The notes under the pieces were generated by a model, which searched no databases, was not told the origin of the DNA, and worked only from the letters and a program-made list of their open reading frames with translations. Made by a program: the position numbers and the translations under genes. Below, piece by piece: positions 33,995-44,372 of a DNA stretch of 64,000 nt; within the stretch, counting starts at the first letter, position 1, and every line of letters begins with the position of its first letter. Source of the stretch: Candidatus Enterousia sp. (GTDB lineage: Bacteria > Pseudomonadota > Alphaproteobacteria > Rs-D84); contig JAZNBN010000016.1 of the NCBI GenBank assembly GCA_045587125.1, positions 96,728-160,727 of the forward strand. The letters are read 5' to 3'.

Positions 33995-35011
33995 ATGAAA
34001 AAAACTTTAAAAGCAGCAGTCGCTTTGTCAGTTTTGACTGCACCAGCGTATGCTGCGAATTTGGAAAACCCACTGTACATGCCAAAGCAGGGTGCAGTAT
34101 ATTCCAAAACGTCTGTCGGGGTCATGTATAAAAAAGCAGACCATTCGGCGGCACAACAACAAAAAGGTCATGCAGGTGCCACAGAATTTCCAATCTGGCG
34201 TGCACACGAAGAATTAGGCTATGGTATTTTAGATGATTTGGAACTGTATGGTAAATTCGGATACACACACGACGGCGATATTGATCGCAAGGGTATGCAT
34301 CTGGGCCGTGCAGGGTTAAAATACCGTGCATTAACAACAGAAGGCGGATTCGTATGGGATATGTTTGCTGATATGCACTTTGGTGGTGTCAGTGCTATGT
34401 CCGGTTCATATGCCGCAGACGGTTTTACATATGATAACTATTCCAATGGTCGTTGGGGATTCCATTTGGGAACACAATTCGGTCAAACATGGGATAAATT
34501 CAGCGTTGCTGCATTCGCAGAATTACTGCACACATTCGGCAATGATAATAATGAAATTGAAATCAACAGTATTTATGTAGAACAAATGGGTGTCACATTG
34601 GATCGTGCTACGTTGACTGCGATGGGTATCCCAAGCGAAATCTCTGTTGATTTGGCGTCAACTACGGAATTCAATGCCGGGTTCAAGGCGTTCTATGAAA
34701 TTGATGACACATGGTCAATTGGTGGTGGTTTCACATGGAAACGTCATGAAGATAATGGTGTAAAAGGTTTGGCAACAGATGTTACGAATCCTGCTGCAGC
34801 ACCATTAATCGCAGGTCTGTTAAAAGAAACGGCCGATATGAACGATGGCTTTGATGAATATATTGTTTCATTGTCTGTTGCAAATCAAATCACAGACATG
34901 ATGCAGGTTGCTGTATATGGTGAATACACATTTGATAATTCACACAGTGGTTCACAAAACGGCACAGACGTCAAGGCTGAATTGGGCGTTCGTTTGAACG
35001 TTGAATTCTAA
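33995..35011 (+). CDS. Outer-membrane beta-barrel protein (porin-like)
   Basis: Signal peptide ...LTAPAYA, alternating amphipathic strands, aromatic C-terminus RLNVEF. Confidence 0.7.
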   Translation: MKKTLKAAVALSVLTAPAYAANLENPLYMPKQGAVYSKTSVGVMYKKADHSAAQQQKGHAGATEFPIWRAHEELGYGILDDLELYGKFGYTHDGDIDRKGMHLGRAGLKYRALTTEGGFVWDMFADMHFGGVSAMSGSYAADGFTYDNYSNGRWGFHLGTQFGQTWDKFSVAAFAELLHTFGNDNNEIEINSIYVEQMGVTLDRATLTAMGIPSEISVDLASTTEFNAGFKAFYEIDDTWSIGGGFTWKRHEDNGVKGLATDVTNPAAAPLIAGLLKETADMNDGFDEYIVSLSVANQITDMMQVAVYGEYTFDNSHSGSQNGTDVKAELGVRLNVEF

Positions 35012-35050
35012 AACAAACGTTTGAAATAAAAAATAACTTATATTGGACAG

Positions 35051-35077
35051 AATCCCGCAATTTTGCGGGATTTTTTT
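35051..35077 (+). terminator. Rho-independent terminator
   Basis: AATCCCGC-loop-GCGGGATT + T7. Confidence 0.8.
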
Positions 35078-35156
35078 GTTGCGTTTTGTTGCAGTATTTT
35101 TGTAACATAAATCACAGGGTCGGGGGAATGTTAAATACAACAGGAAAGGTTTTGTT

Positions 35157-36104
35157 ATGAAAGCGTATTTAGATATCTTAGATAACTGTCTGACCCACGG
35201 AACAATGTCTGGCAATCGGACCGGAATTGATACTGTGCGTATTCCATGGGGTGCGACATTTGAACATGATATGTCAAATGGTTTCCCATTGGTTACAACC
35301 AAGAAAATGGGATTGAAAAACATTGCCACAGAATTAGAATTCTTTATTCATGGCATAACAGATAAAAAGTGGTTGCAGGACCGTAATTGTCATATATGGG
35401 ACGAATGGGCGAATCCATCTGTGTGGAAACCATTGTACAAAGAAAAATTGCTTAAATTATCGGTTGGTAATTGGACGCATGCCGTGGATAAAACTATGCG
35501 TGAAGAAGCAATGAACACCACACGTGATTTGGGACCGATTTATGGTTGGCAATGGCGTCATTTCGGTGGTCAGTATAAATGGAATCCGGAAAATCCATAT
35601 GATAATTTTGAGAAATCGGCACCCGGTGTTGATCAATTGGCAAACGCGGTGGATATGATAAAACGCGACCAAACAAATCGCCGTATTATCGTAAATGCGT
35701 GGAACCCAAAAGATCAACCACAAATGGCATTGCCACCATGTCACATTATGCACCAGGTTTTGGTTCATGATGGCAAATTACACCTGATTTGGACCCAGCG
35801 TTCATGTGATATGTTTCTGGGAATACCGTATAATATCGCATCTTATGCGTTACTGCTGTTACTGTACGCCAAAGAAGCGGGATTAAAACCTGGTGTTTTG
35901 CGTGGTGAATTGCATGATGTTCATATTTATGAAAATCATATCCCCCAGGTCAAAGAACAACTGTCACGCACACCACATAAATTGCCAACGGTTGAAATTC
36001 CAAATGAAAATTGGCATGGAATGCTGAAATGGCACGCCCAGGACGGATTCAAATTAAAAGATTATGTTTGCCATGAACGTTTGCGTGGTGATGTTGCCAG
36101 ATAA
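35157..36104 (+). CDS. thyA: Thymidylate synthase (ThyA type)
   Basis: NRTGIDT, FPLVTTKK, WNP.D....LPPCH..HQ catalytic Cys region, DVHIYENH. Confidence 0.93.
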   Translation: MKAYLDILDNCLTHGTMSGNRTGIDTVRIPWGATFEHDMSNGFPLVTTKKMGLKNIATELEFFIHGITDKKWLQDRNCHIWDEWANPSVWKPLYKEKLLKLSVGNWTHAVDKTMREEAMNTTRDLGPIYGWQWRHFGGQYKWNPENPYDNFEKSAPGVDQLANAVDMIKRDQTNRRIIVNAWNPKDQPQMALPPCHIMHQVLVHDGKLHLIWTQRSCDMFLGIPYNIASYALLLLLYAKEAGLKPGVLRGELHDVHIYENHIPQVKEQLSRTPHKLPTVEIPNENWHGMLKWHAQDGFKLKDYVCHERLRGDVAR

Positions 36105-36130
36105 AAAATGCCCATTTGGGCATTTTTTTT
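36103..36130 (+). terminator. Rho-independent terminator after thyA
   Basis: AATGCCC-ATTT-GGGCATT + T8. Confidence 0.8.
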
Positions 36131-36204
36131 ATGTAATGTTTTTACAAATGCTTGCACTGGTTTTCAGAAAATGATATAATATCACAAAAGGAATTGGAAG
36201 GGAT

Positions 36205-37317
36205 ATGAAAAAATCAAGGGTTTCTGCCGTTTTTGCCGGTATTTTGCTGGGTATGCCTTTTGTGGCAGATGCTGCATATCCTGTTTATAATGGGTATCAG
36301 GGTGGTATGACAATGCCGGTGCAACAGATGCCTGTTCAACAGCCAATGCAATATGCACAACCTCAAAAAATGCCATCTCAGACATACAGTTTGGGTTATA
36401 ATCCTGCGGTTATGGCACAACCAACCCGTGTAACGGGTGCGTTGCCCCGTGTTGGGTCCAGTCAAACTGTGGCGGGGCGTCAATATTATCAGCCTGCTGA
36501 TTATGACAGATTGGCAGACAGTGGGCTGTACGTTGGATTGTCTGTTGCGTATAATGCGTCTTTGATGGGCGGTATGTCCGCGGATTATAGTGGCGAAACA
36601 GATTCATATACTGTGCCGGGTGCTTTTAAAGAGGCTAAATATGATTCAGACAGTATAATTCCATTGCAATTATCTGTGGGTGCGGCGATTAATAATGATG
36701 TTCGTGTTGATTTTTCTTATACACGTTATTCTGGATTGGCGTATCCAAAAACAGTTGAAACATCTGATGGTGCCGGTGGGTATATTCCTGCCCAGGTAGA
36801 AGGTGGTGCCATAACTGCAAATTCAACGATGTTAAACGTGTATTATAATATTGATACATTTACAGGATACTTGGCGGGCGGTTCATTGCGTCCGTATGTT
36901 GGTGCCGGTGTTGGTATATCATTAAATACAATCGCAGATTATACGGTTTATGACAATACTTTCTATGAAGTTGAACCTGATATTTCAAATTTGCCTGCGG
37001 GTAAATTAACGGGTGTTTCTGATATTGTTGCATATCATAATGGTGGTACAACCGAAGAATTGGCATTTATGCTAGAAGGTGGCGTTACCACAGAACTAGA
37101 AGGTGGTATAAAATTGGACTTCTTTGTTCGTTATGCGAACTTGGGCGAAGTAAAAACATCGGGCAGTATTGTTATGTCCCAGGTTGAATGGTTGTCTGAC
37201 GGTGCCGGCATGGAATACGAGGCCCCATATGACAGTGTTTATCACTATACAGAATGGTATGAAAGTGGTCGTTTGGGCTTGGTTGATGTTGGCCTAAGGT
37301 TGCGTCTACAATTCTAA
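36205..37317 (+). CDS. Outer-membrane beta-barrel protein with Pro/Gln-rich N-terminal region
   Basis: Signal peptide ...MPFVADA, PVQQMPVQQP low-complexity region, C-terminal barrel ending LRLRLQF. Confidence 0.65.
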   Translation: MKKSRVSAVFAGILLGMPFVADAAYPVYNGYQGGMTMPVQQMPVQQPMQYAQPQKMPSQTYSLGYNPAVMAQPTRVTGALPRVGSSQTVAGRQYYQPADYDRLADSGLYVGLSVAYNASLMGGMSADYSGETDSYTVPGAFKEAKYDSDSIIPLQLSVGAAINNDVRVDFSYTRYSGLAYPKTVETSDGAGGYIPAQVEGGAITANSTMLNVYYNIDTFTGYLAGGSLRPYVGAGVGISLNTIADYTVYDNTFYEVEPDISNLPAGKLTGVSDIVAYHNGGTTEELAFMLEGGVTTELEGGIKLDFFVRYANLGEVKTSGSIVMSQVEWLSDGAGMEYEAPYDSVYHYTEWYESGRLGLVDVGLRLRLQF

Positions 37318-37377
37318 GATGGTTTATTGCCGGACGCGTGTCCGGTGATATACGTTTATCAGGTTAAGAGAGAGAAT

Positions 37378-39024
37378 ATGAAAAATAAATCTGTTGGTTT
37401 TTCTTTGATTGCGGTATTGGCGGTTTTGCCATTGGATTCGGATGCCGCAATTCGTGTTGGTAATAATTCACGCAATAAATATCAACAGGCAAATATTGCG
37501 GCTGCGGTCGTTCAAGATGTTCAGCCTACGGAATTACCGATAAATGTAAAAAATACAGATTTGGCAAATCAAATACTGTCTGGCGACACGTCATCGGGTG
37601 TTGGAATTGACACATTGGAACAATGTTCTATGATTTATCCGACGGGGATTTTTGAATGGTCAACCCCAACAATTGGACGCAAGGCAGGTTCGCCTTCTAT
37701 GTGTACGGCGGTTGTTGAAATGCGTGCATTGATGGCGGGGCCAAATGGTGAAAATTTGATTTTGGCACGTGCAAATTTGGCGGCGGGTGATTCTGTTAAA
37801 TGTAACATTTCCGCATTTCCCGAGGGGTCATGGTTACCTGATGCAGGCAATGTCGTATTTCCGGCCGATTCCGAACCGACCAAAGAAGACGTTATTGCGG
37901 TCATGAACCAAGAACAAAAGCAAAATGCGGCGATAAAGATTATTGGCGGTACGATACTGGGCGGATTGATTGGTAATTTCACCGGTGCAAATGATGTTGG
38001 TAACGACAGTATGTTGGGGACCGACAAAGATAAATTAAAAAATACAGCCATTGGTGCGGCCGGTGGTGCGGCTGTAATGCTTGGTAACGCATACGGTGGC
38101 AAGGTTGCGGGCGATATGATTTTATCTGCCGGTGTAAATGCGGCGGCTGGTGGTGTAATTGGTAACGTTATGGCATCTGGTGATTCTGTATTACGTATTG
38201 AAAAATGTGTCGTAGATAAACAAGAAACAACATGTCTGTGGGGATATTATAAAGAAACCAACACCCTGGAGGCAACCAAACAGGCGTTCGTAAACGTTGC
38301 AGATATTTCCGATTTTTATGTGTGTGATAAGTCAGAGATGAAAAATTGCAAAAGGGAACGTTTGACCGGTGGTTTGCCAGTAGACTATAACAGTAAAACA
38401 CGTGAATCTGATAAACTGCCTATGACTTTGACAGATGCGTTTGAAAAACGGTTTGAAGACGTTTCAACAGACTACAGATATTGTTTCAAAGACGGCCAGA
38501 TGGAAAAAAATTCCAGTTGTAACGAGGCAAAAGATGCTTATATCGCAATAGAGGATGCATCAATAGTTACCAAAACACAACCTGCAATGGTTGTCGGGGT
38601 CCAGGATAAAAAATTCGGTTATAAAAAATCTGAATGGGATTCCGATATAAAAAAGAATTTCGAACAAGCAAATATTGTCGGACGTAATGGCAAAGGCGAA
38701 GCGATTAGTTTGGGTATAGACATAGAAACATTTGACCTTAACAAATTTGATCCGATGACATTGGATGCCGATGATGGTGGTATTATTGATTTAGATAACA
38801 AGGCACGTTTAAAGGGAACTTTGACCGGTGCCGGTGTTGGTGGTGCAATGGGTGCATATACCGCATACCAAGGTGCCCAGGACGAAGTTACACAACGTTG
38901 GATGGCCGAGGTTCAGGCATACAAAGATTCACTGAATAAAATCGTCTGTGTAACAGGAACCAGATTCCTTAGCAGTTATAACGACGATGCCTTTATTCCT
39001 GTGGCAACACAAACACAACAGTAA
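37378..39024 (+). CDS. Secreted hypothetical protein with Gly-rich hydrophobic segments
   Basis: Start at the ATG behind GAGAGAGA, signal peptide ...LPLDSDA, Gly/Ala-rich stretches. Confidence 0.55.
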   Translation: MKNKSVGFSLIAVLAVLPLDSDAAIRVGNNSRNKYQQANIAAAVVQDVQPTELPINVKNTDLANQILSGDTSSGVGIDTLEQCSMIYPTGIFEWSTPTIGRKAGSPSMCTAVVEMRALMAGPNGENLILARANLAAGDSVKCNISAFPEGSWLPDAGNVVFPADSEPTKEDVIAVMNQEQKQNAAIKIIGGTILGGLIGNFTGANDVGNDSMLGTDKDKLKNTAIGAAGGAAVMLGNAYGGKVAGDMILSAGVNAAAGGVIGNVMASGDSVLRIEKCVVDKQETTCLWGYYKETNTLEATKQAFVNVADISDFYVCDKSEMKNCKRERLTGGLPVDYNSKTRESDKLPMTLTDAFEKRFEDVSTDYRYCFKDGQMEKNSSCNEAKDAYIAIEDASIVTKTQPAMVVGVQDKKFGYKKSEWDSDIKKNFEQANIVGRNGKGEAISLGIDIETFDLNKFDPMTLDADDGGIIDLDNKARLKGTLTGAGVGGAMGAYTAYQGAQDEVTQRWMAEVQAYKDSLNKIVCVTGTRFLSSYNDDAFIPVATQTQQ

Positions 39025-39053
39025 TAAAAAAACGCCCAATCGGGCGTTTTTTT
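39025..39053. terminator. Bidirectional terminator
   Basis: A8-CGCCC-AATC-GGGCG-T7 between convergent genes. Confidence 0.8.
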
Positions 39054-40413
39054 ATTTTTTAACAATTTCTAATATTTTTGAAACAATGTCATCAATTGCG
39101 ATGCGTTCTTGTTCCATTGTGTCGCGATGACGTAATGTAACTGTGCCATCTTCCATTGTTTGATGATCCACAGTTATACATACAGGTGTTCCAATTTCAT
39201 CGTGTCTGCGATAGTTTTTGCCAATATTGCCGGAATTTTCCAATTCAATACGTCCGATACCCAATTTGCGCAATTTTGCAACGATATCGTTTGATATATT
39301 TAACAATTCTGGAACATTGCGTGCCAATGGAATAACCGCCGCCTTGACCGGTGCCAGTGCAGGTTTTAATTTCAACACAGTACGTGTTTTGCCGTCACCT
39401 AAATCTTCGTCCGTGTATGCTTCTAACATAACGGCCAACATTGCACGATTAACACCCATTGCAGTTTCAATAACAAATGGGATAAAGTTTTCGCCGCTTT
39501 GTGGGTCAGAATACGACAGTTTTGTTGTACTGTCTTTATTTTCCATGACATTTGCGTTTATTTTGAAATCGCCCTGTGATTTTGTGTGGGACCCTAAATC
39601 AAAATCTTGTCTGTTATGAATGCCTTCAACTTCATCGAATCCGTCTGGGAATTCGTATTCAATGTCAACAGCAGCCTTGGCATAGTGTGCCAGTTTGTCA
39701 TGTGGTGCAAAACGTAATTTATTGGCTGGGATTCCCAATACGTTTACCCACCAAGCCATACGTTCGTCCATCCACATTTTATGGAATTTTTCATCATCTG
39801 ATGGATTAACAAAATATTGCATTTCAGCCTGTTCAAATTCACGCATACGGAATACAAAACCACGTGGTGAAATTTCGTTACGGAACGCCTTGCCAATTTG
39901 GGCAATGCCAAATGGTAATTTATGTGGGCGTGCATCCAATACGTTTTTAAAGTTTGTATATGTTGTTGTGGCTGTTTCTGGACGCAGATATGCGTTTATA
40001 GCACCGTCTGCGGTCGCCCCGATTGACAGCCCCATCATCAATTGATACGCACGTGGTTCAGTGATTTCAGTACTGCCACAATTGTCGCATTTTGAAGTGT
40101 CTTTCATTTTATCCTGGCGCATACGTGCACCGCATTTTTTGCATTCAACCAATGGATCAGAAAAACCGGCTTCGTGTCCAGAATATTTCCACAATAATCT
40201 GTTGGTGATTAATGCGGCATCCAAACCTTCGATATCATCACGTGAATAAATCATGGCATTCCACCATGCATCACGAATGTTTTTCATTAATTCAATACCG
40301 TATGGACCATAATCGTATGTACCGCCCAATCCACCATATATTTCAGAACCTGTGAAAATAAAACCACGACGTTTGCAAAGTGCGACAATATCATTAACTG
40401 TTTTTGCTGGCAT
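39052..40413 (-). CDS. glyQS: Glycyl-tRNA synthetase, single-chain (alpha2) type
   Basis: RRGFIFTGSEIYGG, FRNEISPR, Zn-knuckle CKKCG...CDNCG, C-terminal anticodon-binding domain. Confidence 0.92.
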   Translation of the reverse strand: MPAKTVNDIVALCKRRGFIFTGSEIYGGLGGTYDYGPYGIELMKNIRDAWWNAMIYSRDDIEGLDAALITNRLLWKYSGHEAGFSDPLVECKKCGARMRQDKMKDTSKCDNCGSTEITEPRAYQLMMGLSIGATADGAINAYLRPETATTTYTNFKNVLDARPHKLPFGIAQIGKAFRNEISPRGFVFRMREFEQAEMQYFVNPSDDEKFHKMWMDERMAWWVNVLGIPANKLRFAPHDKLAHYAKAAVDIEYEFPDGFDEVEGIHNRQDFDLGSHTKSQGDFKINANVMENKDSTTKLSYSDPQSGENFIPFVIETAMGVNRAMLAVMLEAYTDEDLGDGKTRTVLKLKPALAPVKAAVIPLARNVPELLNISNDIVAKLRKLGIGRIELENSGNIGKNYRRHDEIGTPVCITVDHQTMEDGTVTLRHRDTMEQERIAIDDIVSKILEIVKK

Positions 40414-40591
40414 AACTTAATCCCTTAATTTTTGTAACGGAATATATATTATACAGTTTTTATCTTTTTACAATAAAAAAACCAAATTAAAAATTATATA
40501 TAACACGCTTGACAATCAGATGTTTTGTGTTTAATTTTATTTGTATATTTACTATAACTATGTCTGATACTTCGTACAAGGAACCAAAAAT

Positions 40592-41392
40592 ATGAATAAA
40601 GAACAACAAAAAAAGAGCAGTAAATACAAACTTATTTTGAAGCTAAATGGTGTTGAATATGATCTGGGTAACTTGCCACAAGGATTTGTTATTCAGGGAG
40701 ATGTGGTTATACCCACAATGAAAGATTTAACGATTTTGCCAGACATGTCCACCGTAACAGTCAAAGGAAATTTTGATTGTAAAGCAACAGGATTAAAAAC
40801 GCTGCAAGGTGCCCCAATAAGGGTTGAAGGCGATTTTATATGTGATGATAATAATTTAAGGTCGCTGGAAGGTGCGCCACAATGGGTTGGTGGAAAATTT
40901 TCTTGTTGTTTTAATAAATTAAATACATTGGAAGGCGGTCCACAATATGTTGGGCGTAGTTACGATTGTTCATTCACCGAATTAAAATCACTAAAAGGTG
41001 CACCTGCACATGTCGGTGGAAGCTTTAACTGCAGAGGTAGTAGAGAAAGCGATGGTTCATATTATGGCTCAGGATATCTTTACAATGAATATAATGATTG
41101 GAATGGTGAAAATGCAAATACACTAAAAACACTGAAAGGTGCACCAGCATATGTTGGCGGAGACTTTAATTGTGCTATGAATTTCATAACTACTTTGAAA
41201 GGGGGGCCTAAATATGTTGGGGGGGATTTTTTGTGTTTTAGAAATTGTTTGACTTCTTTGAAAGGGTTGCCAAAAGTTTGTGGTGGAAGAGTAGAATATT
41301 ACGACAATAACATAACTGATGGTTTCAAAGTAATCAGCAATATAAGTAGAATTAAAGTAACTGTAAAAGTGTTAAAGGATAAAACACGTTAG
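40592..41392 (+). CDS. Repeat protein with ~23-aa L.G.P..VGG.F.C..N.L..L units (LRR-like)
   Basis: At least eight consecutive units, e.g. LQGAPIRVEGDFICDDNNLRS / LEGAPQWVGGKFSCCFNKLNT. No signal peptide. Confidence 0.6.
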   Translation: MNKEQQKKSSKYKLILKLNGVEYDLGNLPQGFVIQGDVVIPTMKDLTILPDMSTVTVKGNFDCKATGLKTLQGAPIRVEGDFICDDNNLRSLEGAPQWVGGKFSCCFNKLNTLEGGPQYVGRSYDCSFTELKSLKGAPAHVGGSFNCRGSRESDGSYYGSGYLYNEYNDWNGENANTLKTLKGAPAYVGGDFNCAMNFITTLKGGPKYVGGDFLCFRNCLTSLKGLPKVCGGRVEYYDNNITDGFKVISNISRIKVTVKVLKDKTR

Positions 41393-41394
41393 AT

Positions 41395-41422
41395 AAAAAT
41401 CCCCCAAACGGGGGATTTTTTT
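41395..41422. terminator. Bidirectional terminator
   Basis: A5-TCCCCC-AAAC-GGGGGA-T7. Confidence 0.8.
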
Positions 41423-41603
41423 ATTGTACGTCTGGGGCGATTGCACCAACGGGACATACCGCTGCACATGTGCCACATGAAATACATTTAGATGTGTCAA
41501 TTACACATTTGCCATCTGCGCCAATTGAAATTGCCGCCACAGGGCACATTCCCATACATGTATGACAACCAATACATTGATTTGGATTAATTTTATAAGC
41601 CAT
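41421..41603 (-). CDS. 2x[4Fe-4S] ferredoxin
   Basis: Two CxxCxxCxxxCP motifs (CIGCHTCMGMCP, CISCGTCAAVCP) in 60 aa. Confidence 0.88.
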   Translation of the reverse strand: MAYKINPNQCIGCHTCMGMCPVAAISIGADGKCVIDTSKCISCGTCAAVCPVGAIAPDVQ

Positions 41604-41615
41604 TTTTTACCCCTT

Positions 41616-42371
41616 TTATTCACGATTAAACAGACTTAACAGATATTGGAACATTGCAACAAAAGATATATATAAATGCAATGCACCCAACACCGCCAAT
41701 TGATTTTTCTGTGTATCATCACCGATTACAGAATATGCATGTTTCAGGTTTTGCATATCGTATGCTGTAAACAGTGCGAAAATCAATACGCCAATAAATG
41801 AAACGATTGTTCCAAATGTTCCGCCCAGCATCGCAGGCCAAATAAATGACAGAATACTAATGATAATCAAACCAATCATGCCCATCATTAAAAAGATTCC
41901 CATAAATGACAGGTCTTTGACAGTTTTATATCCAAACATTGCCATACATGCAAACATTAATGCCGCAACGATAAACGCAGTCAATATTGATACAGGATTA
42001 ACAGTCAATGCAACCATAATCAGTGGTGTCATTGTAACCCCAATCAGAATTGCGTATATAAACAACATCCATGCCGCAGTGCCTGGCTTCATGTGAAATA
42101 CGCGAATTTGTGCCCACAAAGATAAACCCAAACCGCCAAACAGTAATATGTAATATAATGGCGACATGCCACCTGTATGCAGGTTAAACAAATATTGCAA
42201 TCCACCACCCCAAATTGTCAGGTACGCAGCCAACGCAGTTACACCAACCGCCCCAAACATCAGTGCGAAAATACGCTTTAAATAAGATTCTATACCACCG
42301 ACCGCATTTTTCTGTTGTCCAGAAATATGACGTGCAGTCGTGTCCTTTACAATTTGTTTACGTGGTGCCAT
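41616..42371 (-). CDS. BAX inhibitor-1/YccA-family membrane protein
   Basis: Start at the ATG behind AAGGAGAAA, seven TM segments, N-terminal SYLKRIFALM pattern. Confidence 0.75.
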   Translation of the reverse strand: MAPRKQIVKDTTARHISGQQKNAVGGIESYLKRIFALMFGAVGVTALAAYLTIWGGGLQYLFNLHTGGMSPLYYILLFGGLGLSLWAQIRVFHMKPGTAAWMLFIYAILIGVTMTPLIMVALTVNPVSILTAFIVAALMFACMAMFGYKTVKDLSFMGIFLMMGMIGLIIISILSFIWPAMLGGTFGTIVSFIGVLIFALFTAYDMQNLKHAYSVIGDDTQKNQLAVLGALHLYISFVAMFQYLLSLFNRE

Positions 42372-42457
42372 TTTATTTTTCTCCTTGTTATTTGAAATAA
42401 ATATAATACAATTCGTTATCTTTTCAAGACAAATAATAACACAAAGAGGTATTTTTA

Positions 42458-42691
42458 ATGTCCACAATAAAAAATACATTTGCTGCAAAATTGGGTCGTT
42501 GCTCTTTTAATGGGGATTTGGCATGTCTTAGTGCGGAAAGTGCAGCTAAACAATCCAGAAAAGATTTGGATGTACGTATTCAAGAATTAAAGGCTGATTT
42601 AGAAAACGCAACAGATCCTAAAAGTATTGCCAATATCAAAAAGGTTCTGTCCAGTTTGGAATTTATACAGTATATACAAAAAGGCAGATAA
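42458..42691 (+). CDS. Small hypothetical protein (77 aa)
   Basis: ATG-initiated ORF ending 6 nt before lgt, helical, no motif. The coding call is tentative. Confidence 0.4.
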   Translation: MSTIKNTFAAKLGRCSFNGDLACLSAESAAKQSRKDLDVRIQELKADLENATDPKSIANIKKVLSSLEFIQYIQKGR

Positions 42692-42697
42692 TAATAA

Positions 42698-43504
42698 ATG
42701 TCAATAATCATCAATCCAATTTCACCAGTTGCATTTTCTGTCTTGGGTATTGATGTGCGCTGGTATGCACTGGCGTATATTGCCGCATTTATAATTGGGT
42801 ATTGGTTGTTTAAAAAGATTATCAATCGTCCAGACAGTGTTTTAAAAATAACATCTAAGCAATTAGATGATTTACTTACCATGGTTGTATTTGGTGTAAT
42901 TATCGGTGGACGATTGGGATATGTTTTGTTTTATAATCCGATTTATTTTTTTACGCATCCGCTGGAAATATTGGCCGTGTGGCATGGCGGGATGAGTTTT
43001 CATGGCGGATTAATTGGCGTTATATTATCAATATTTTTATTTGCACGTAAAAATCGTGTAAATGGTTGGTCTGTGTTGGATATTATGTCTGTTGTTGCGC
43101 CAATTGGATTGTTTTTTGGCAGAATTGCAAACTTTATAAATCGTGAGGTTATGGGTCGTCCCACAGACGTACCATGGGGCGTTGTTTTTAATGGTGATAC
43201 ACCTATTCCCCGCCACCCCAGCCCTTTGTATGAGGCCACCACCGAAGGTTTATTGCTGTTTATAATCATGTATTGTCTGTACAGATATACCACATTAAGA
43301 AATCGCCCCGGTGCAATTGCGGGTATTATGGGCATGTTGTATGCCACGTTTCGTGTGTTCTGCGAACAATTCCGTGCGCCAGATGCACATATAGGATTTT
43401 TGACATCATGGGGATTGACCATGGGACAATTGTTGTCTGGGATAATGTTTATTGCGGGGGGGCTGATTTTGGCTTGCGCAATGAAACGAAATAAATTAAA
43501 ATAA
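42698..43504 (+). CDS. lgt: Prolipoprotein diacylglyceryl transferase
   Basis: VRWYALAYIAAF, HGGMSFHGGLIG, GRIANFINRE..GRPTDVPWGVVF. Confidence 0.92.
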   Translation: MSIIINPISPVAFSVLGIDVRWYALAYIAAFIIGYWLFKKIINRPDSVLKITSKQLDDLLTMVVFGVIIGGRLGYVLFYNPIYFFTHPLEILAVWHGGMSFHGGLIGVILSIFLFARKNRVNGWSVLDIMSVVAPIGLFFGRIANFINREVMGRPTDVPWGVVFNGDTPIPRHPSPLYEATTEGLLLFIIMYCLYRYTTLRNRPGAIAGIMGMLYATFRVFCEQFRAPDAHIGFLTSWGLTMGQLLSGIMFIAGGLILACAMKRNKLK

Positions 43505-43589
43505 AATTGCAACCAAAGGGGGAATTTATGGCATTTAAAATAATCTTGGAAGATGATACTCAGGATTAATGGATTCAGATATGAATTAT

Positions 43590-43612
43590 AAAAGCCCATT
43601 TGGGCTTTTTAT
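43590..43612. terminator. Terminator between convergent lgt and Nudix gene
   Basis: AAAGCCC-ATTT-GGGCTTTTT. Confidence 0.7.
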
Positions 43613-43618
43613 TTTTAT

Positions 43619-44215
43619 TCAATTTTGCTGGATAATACTTTGCAACACAAAACCATATTTGACGATAGGTGTTTCATTGGATGCCGCCAAAAAATCGTCT
43701 TTGGTAATATTTACATCAATTGAATTATCAAAAGTGATTTTTGTTGCGTGCACAGATGATTTTTTATCCATCAATAAATCCAAGCAATCTTTTGCATTTA
43801 TACGAACCAGTCCAGCAACTTCATCAGGTTGAAAATGAAAATCTGTGAATCCATTTGATATTTTATTTGCATAAATATGTGCAAAAGCACGATCGTGCCA
43901 ATTTTTTTGTGGTTTATCTTGTCTCCAAAATACAATATCCAACGCAATTGCATTTGATACATCTATATCAATTCCAATTTCTTCATGAATTTCACGATGA
44001 AATGCATCACGTACAGTTTCGCCTGCCAGAACATGCCCCGATGCAGTTGTGTAAAGTTTTCCGGAATCCGCACGAATTTGAAAATATACATTTCCAATAT
44101 CGTCATATATCCAACAGTGAACAGTTTTATGCCATAACCCGTTTTGATGAACAATATCACGCTTTTCTGTACCGATTTTATTCATATATTCGTCATAAAT
44201 ATCCAGATGTTCCAT
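43619..44215 (-). CDS. Nudix hydrolase (IDI/YfcD-like)
   Basis: Start at the ATG behind AAGGGAG. LWHKTVHCWIY and Nudix box GHVLAGETVRDAFHREIHEEIGI. Confidence 0.8.
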   Translation of the reverse strand: MEHLDIYDEYMNKIGTEKRDIVHQNGLWHKTVHCWIYDDIGNVYFQIRADSGKLYTTASGHVLAGETVRDAFHREIHEEIGIDIDVSNAIALDIVFWRQDKPQKNWHDRAFAHIYANKISNGFTDFHFQPDEVAGLVRINAKDCLDLLMDKKSSVHATKITFDNSIDVNITKDDFLAASNETPIVKYGFVLQSIIQQN

Positions 44216-44260
44216 AAAATCTCCCTTTGCTAAGCGCATGATAATAAAATAGAAAGAAAA

Positions 44261-44297
44261 ACAAAACAAAAAATGTCCCGTTGGGACATTTTGTTTT
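44261..44297 (-). terminator. Terminator after 44373..44927
   Basis: AATGTCCC-loop-GGGACATT, T-rich on the minus strand. Confidence 0.7.
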
Positions 44298-44372
44298 TAT
44301 GGTGGTGTGTTCAGGATTGATTTAGCTTTACTTAATTCAACACTGATGTTTATATACGATTATATATTTTTG

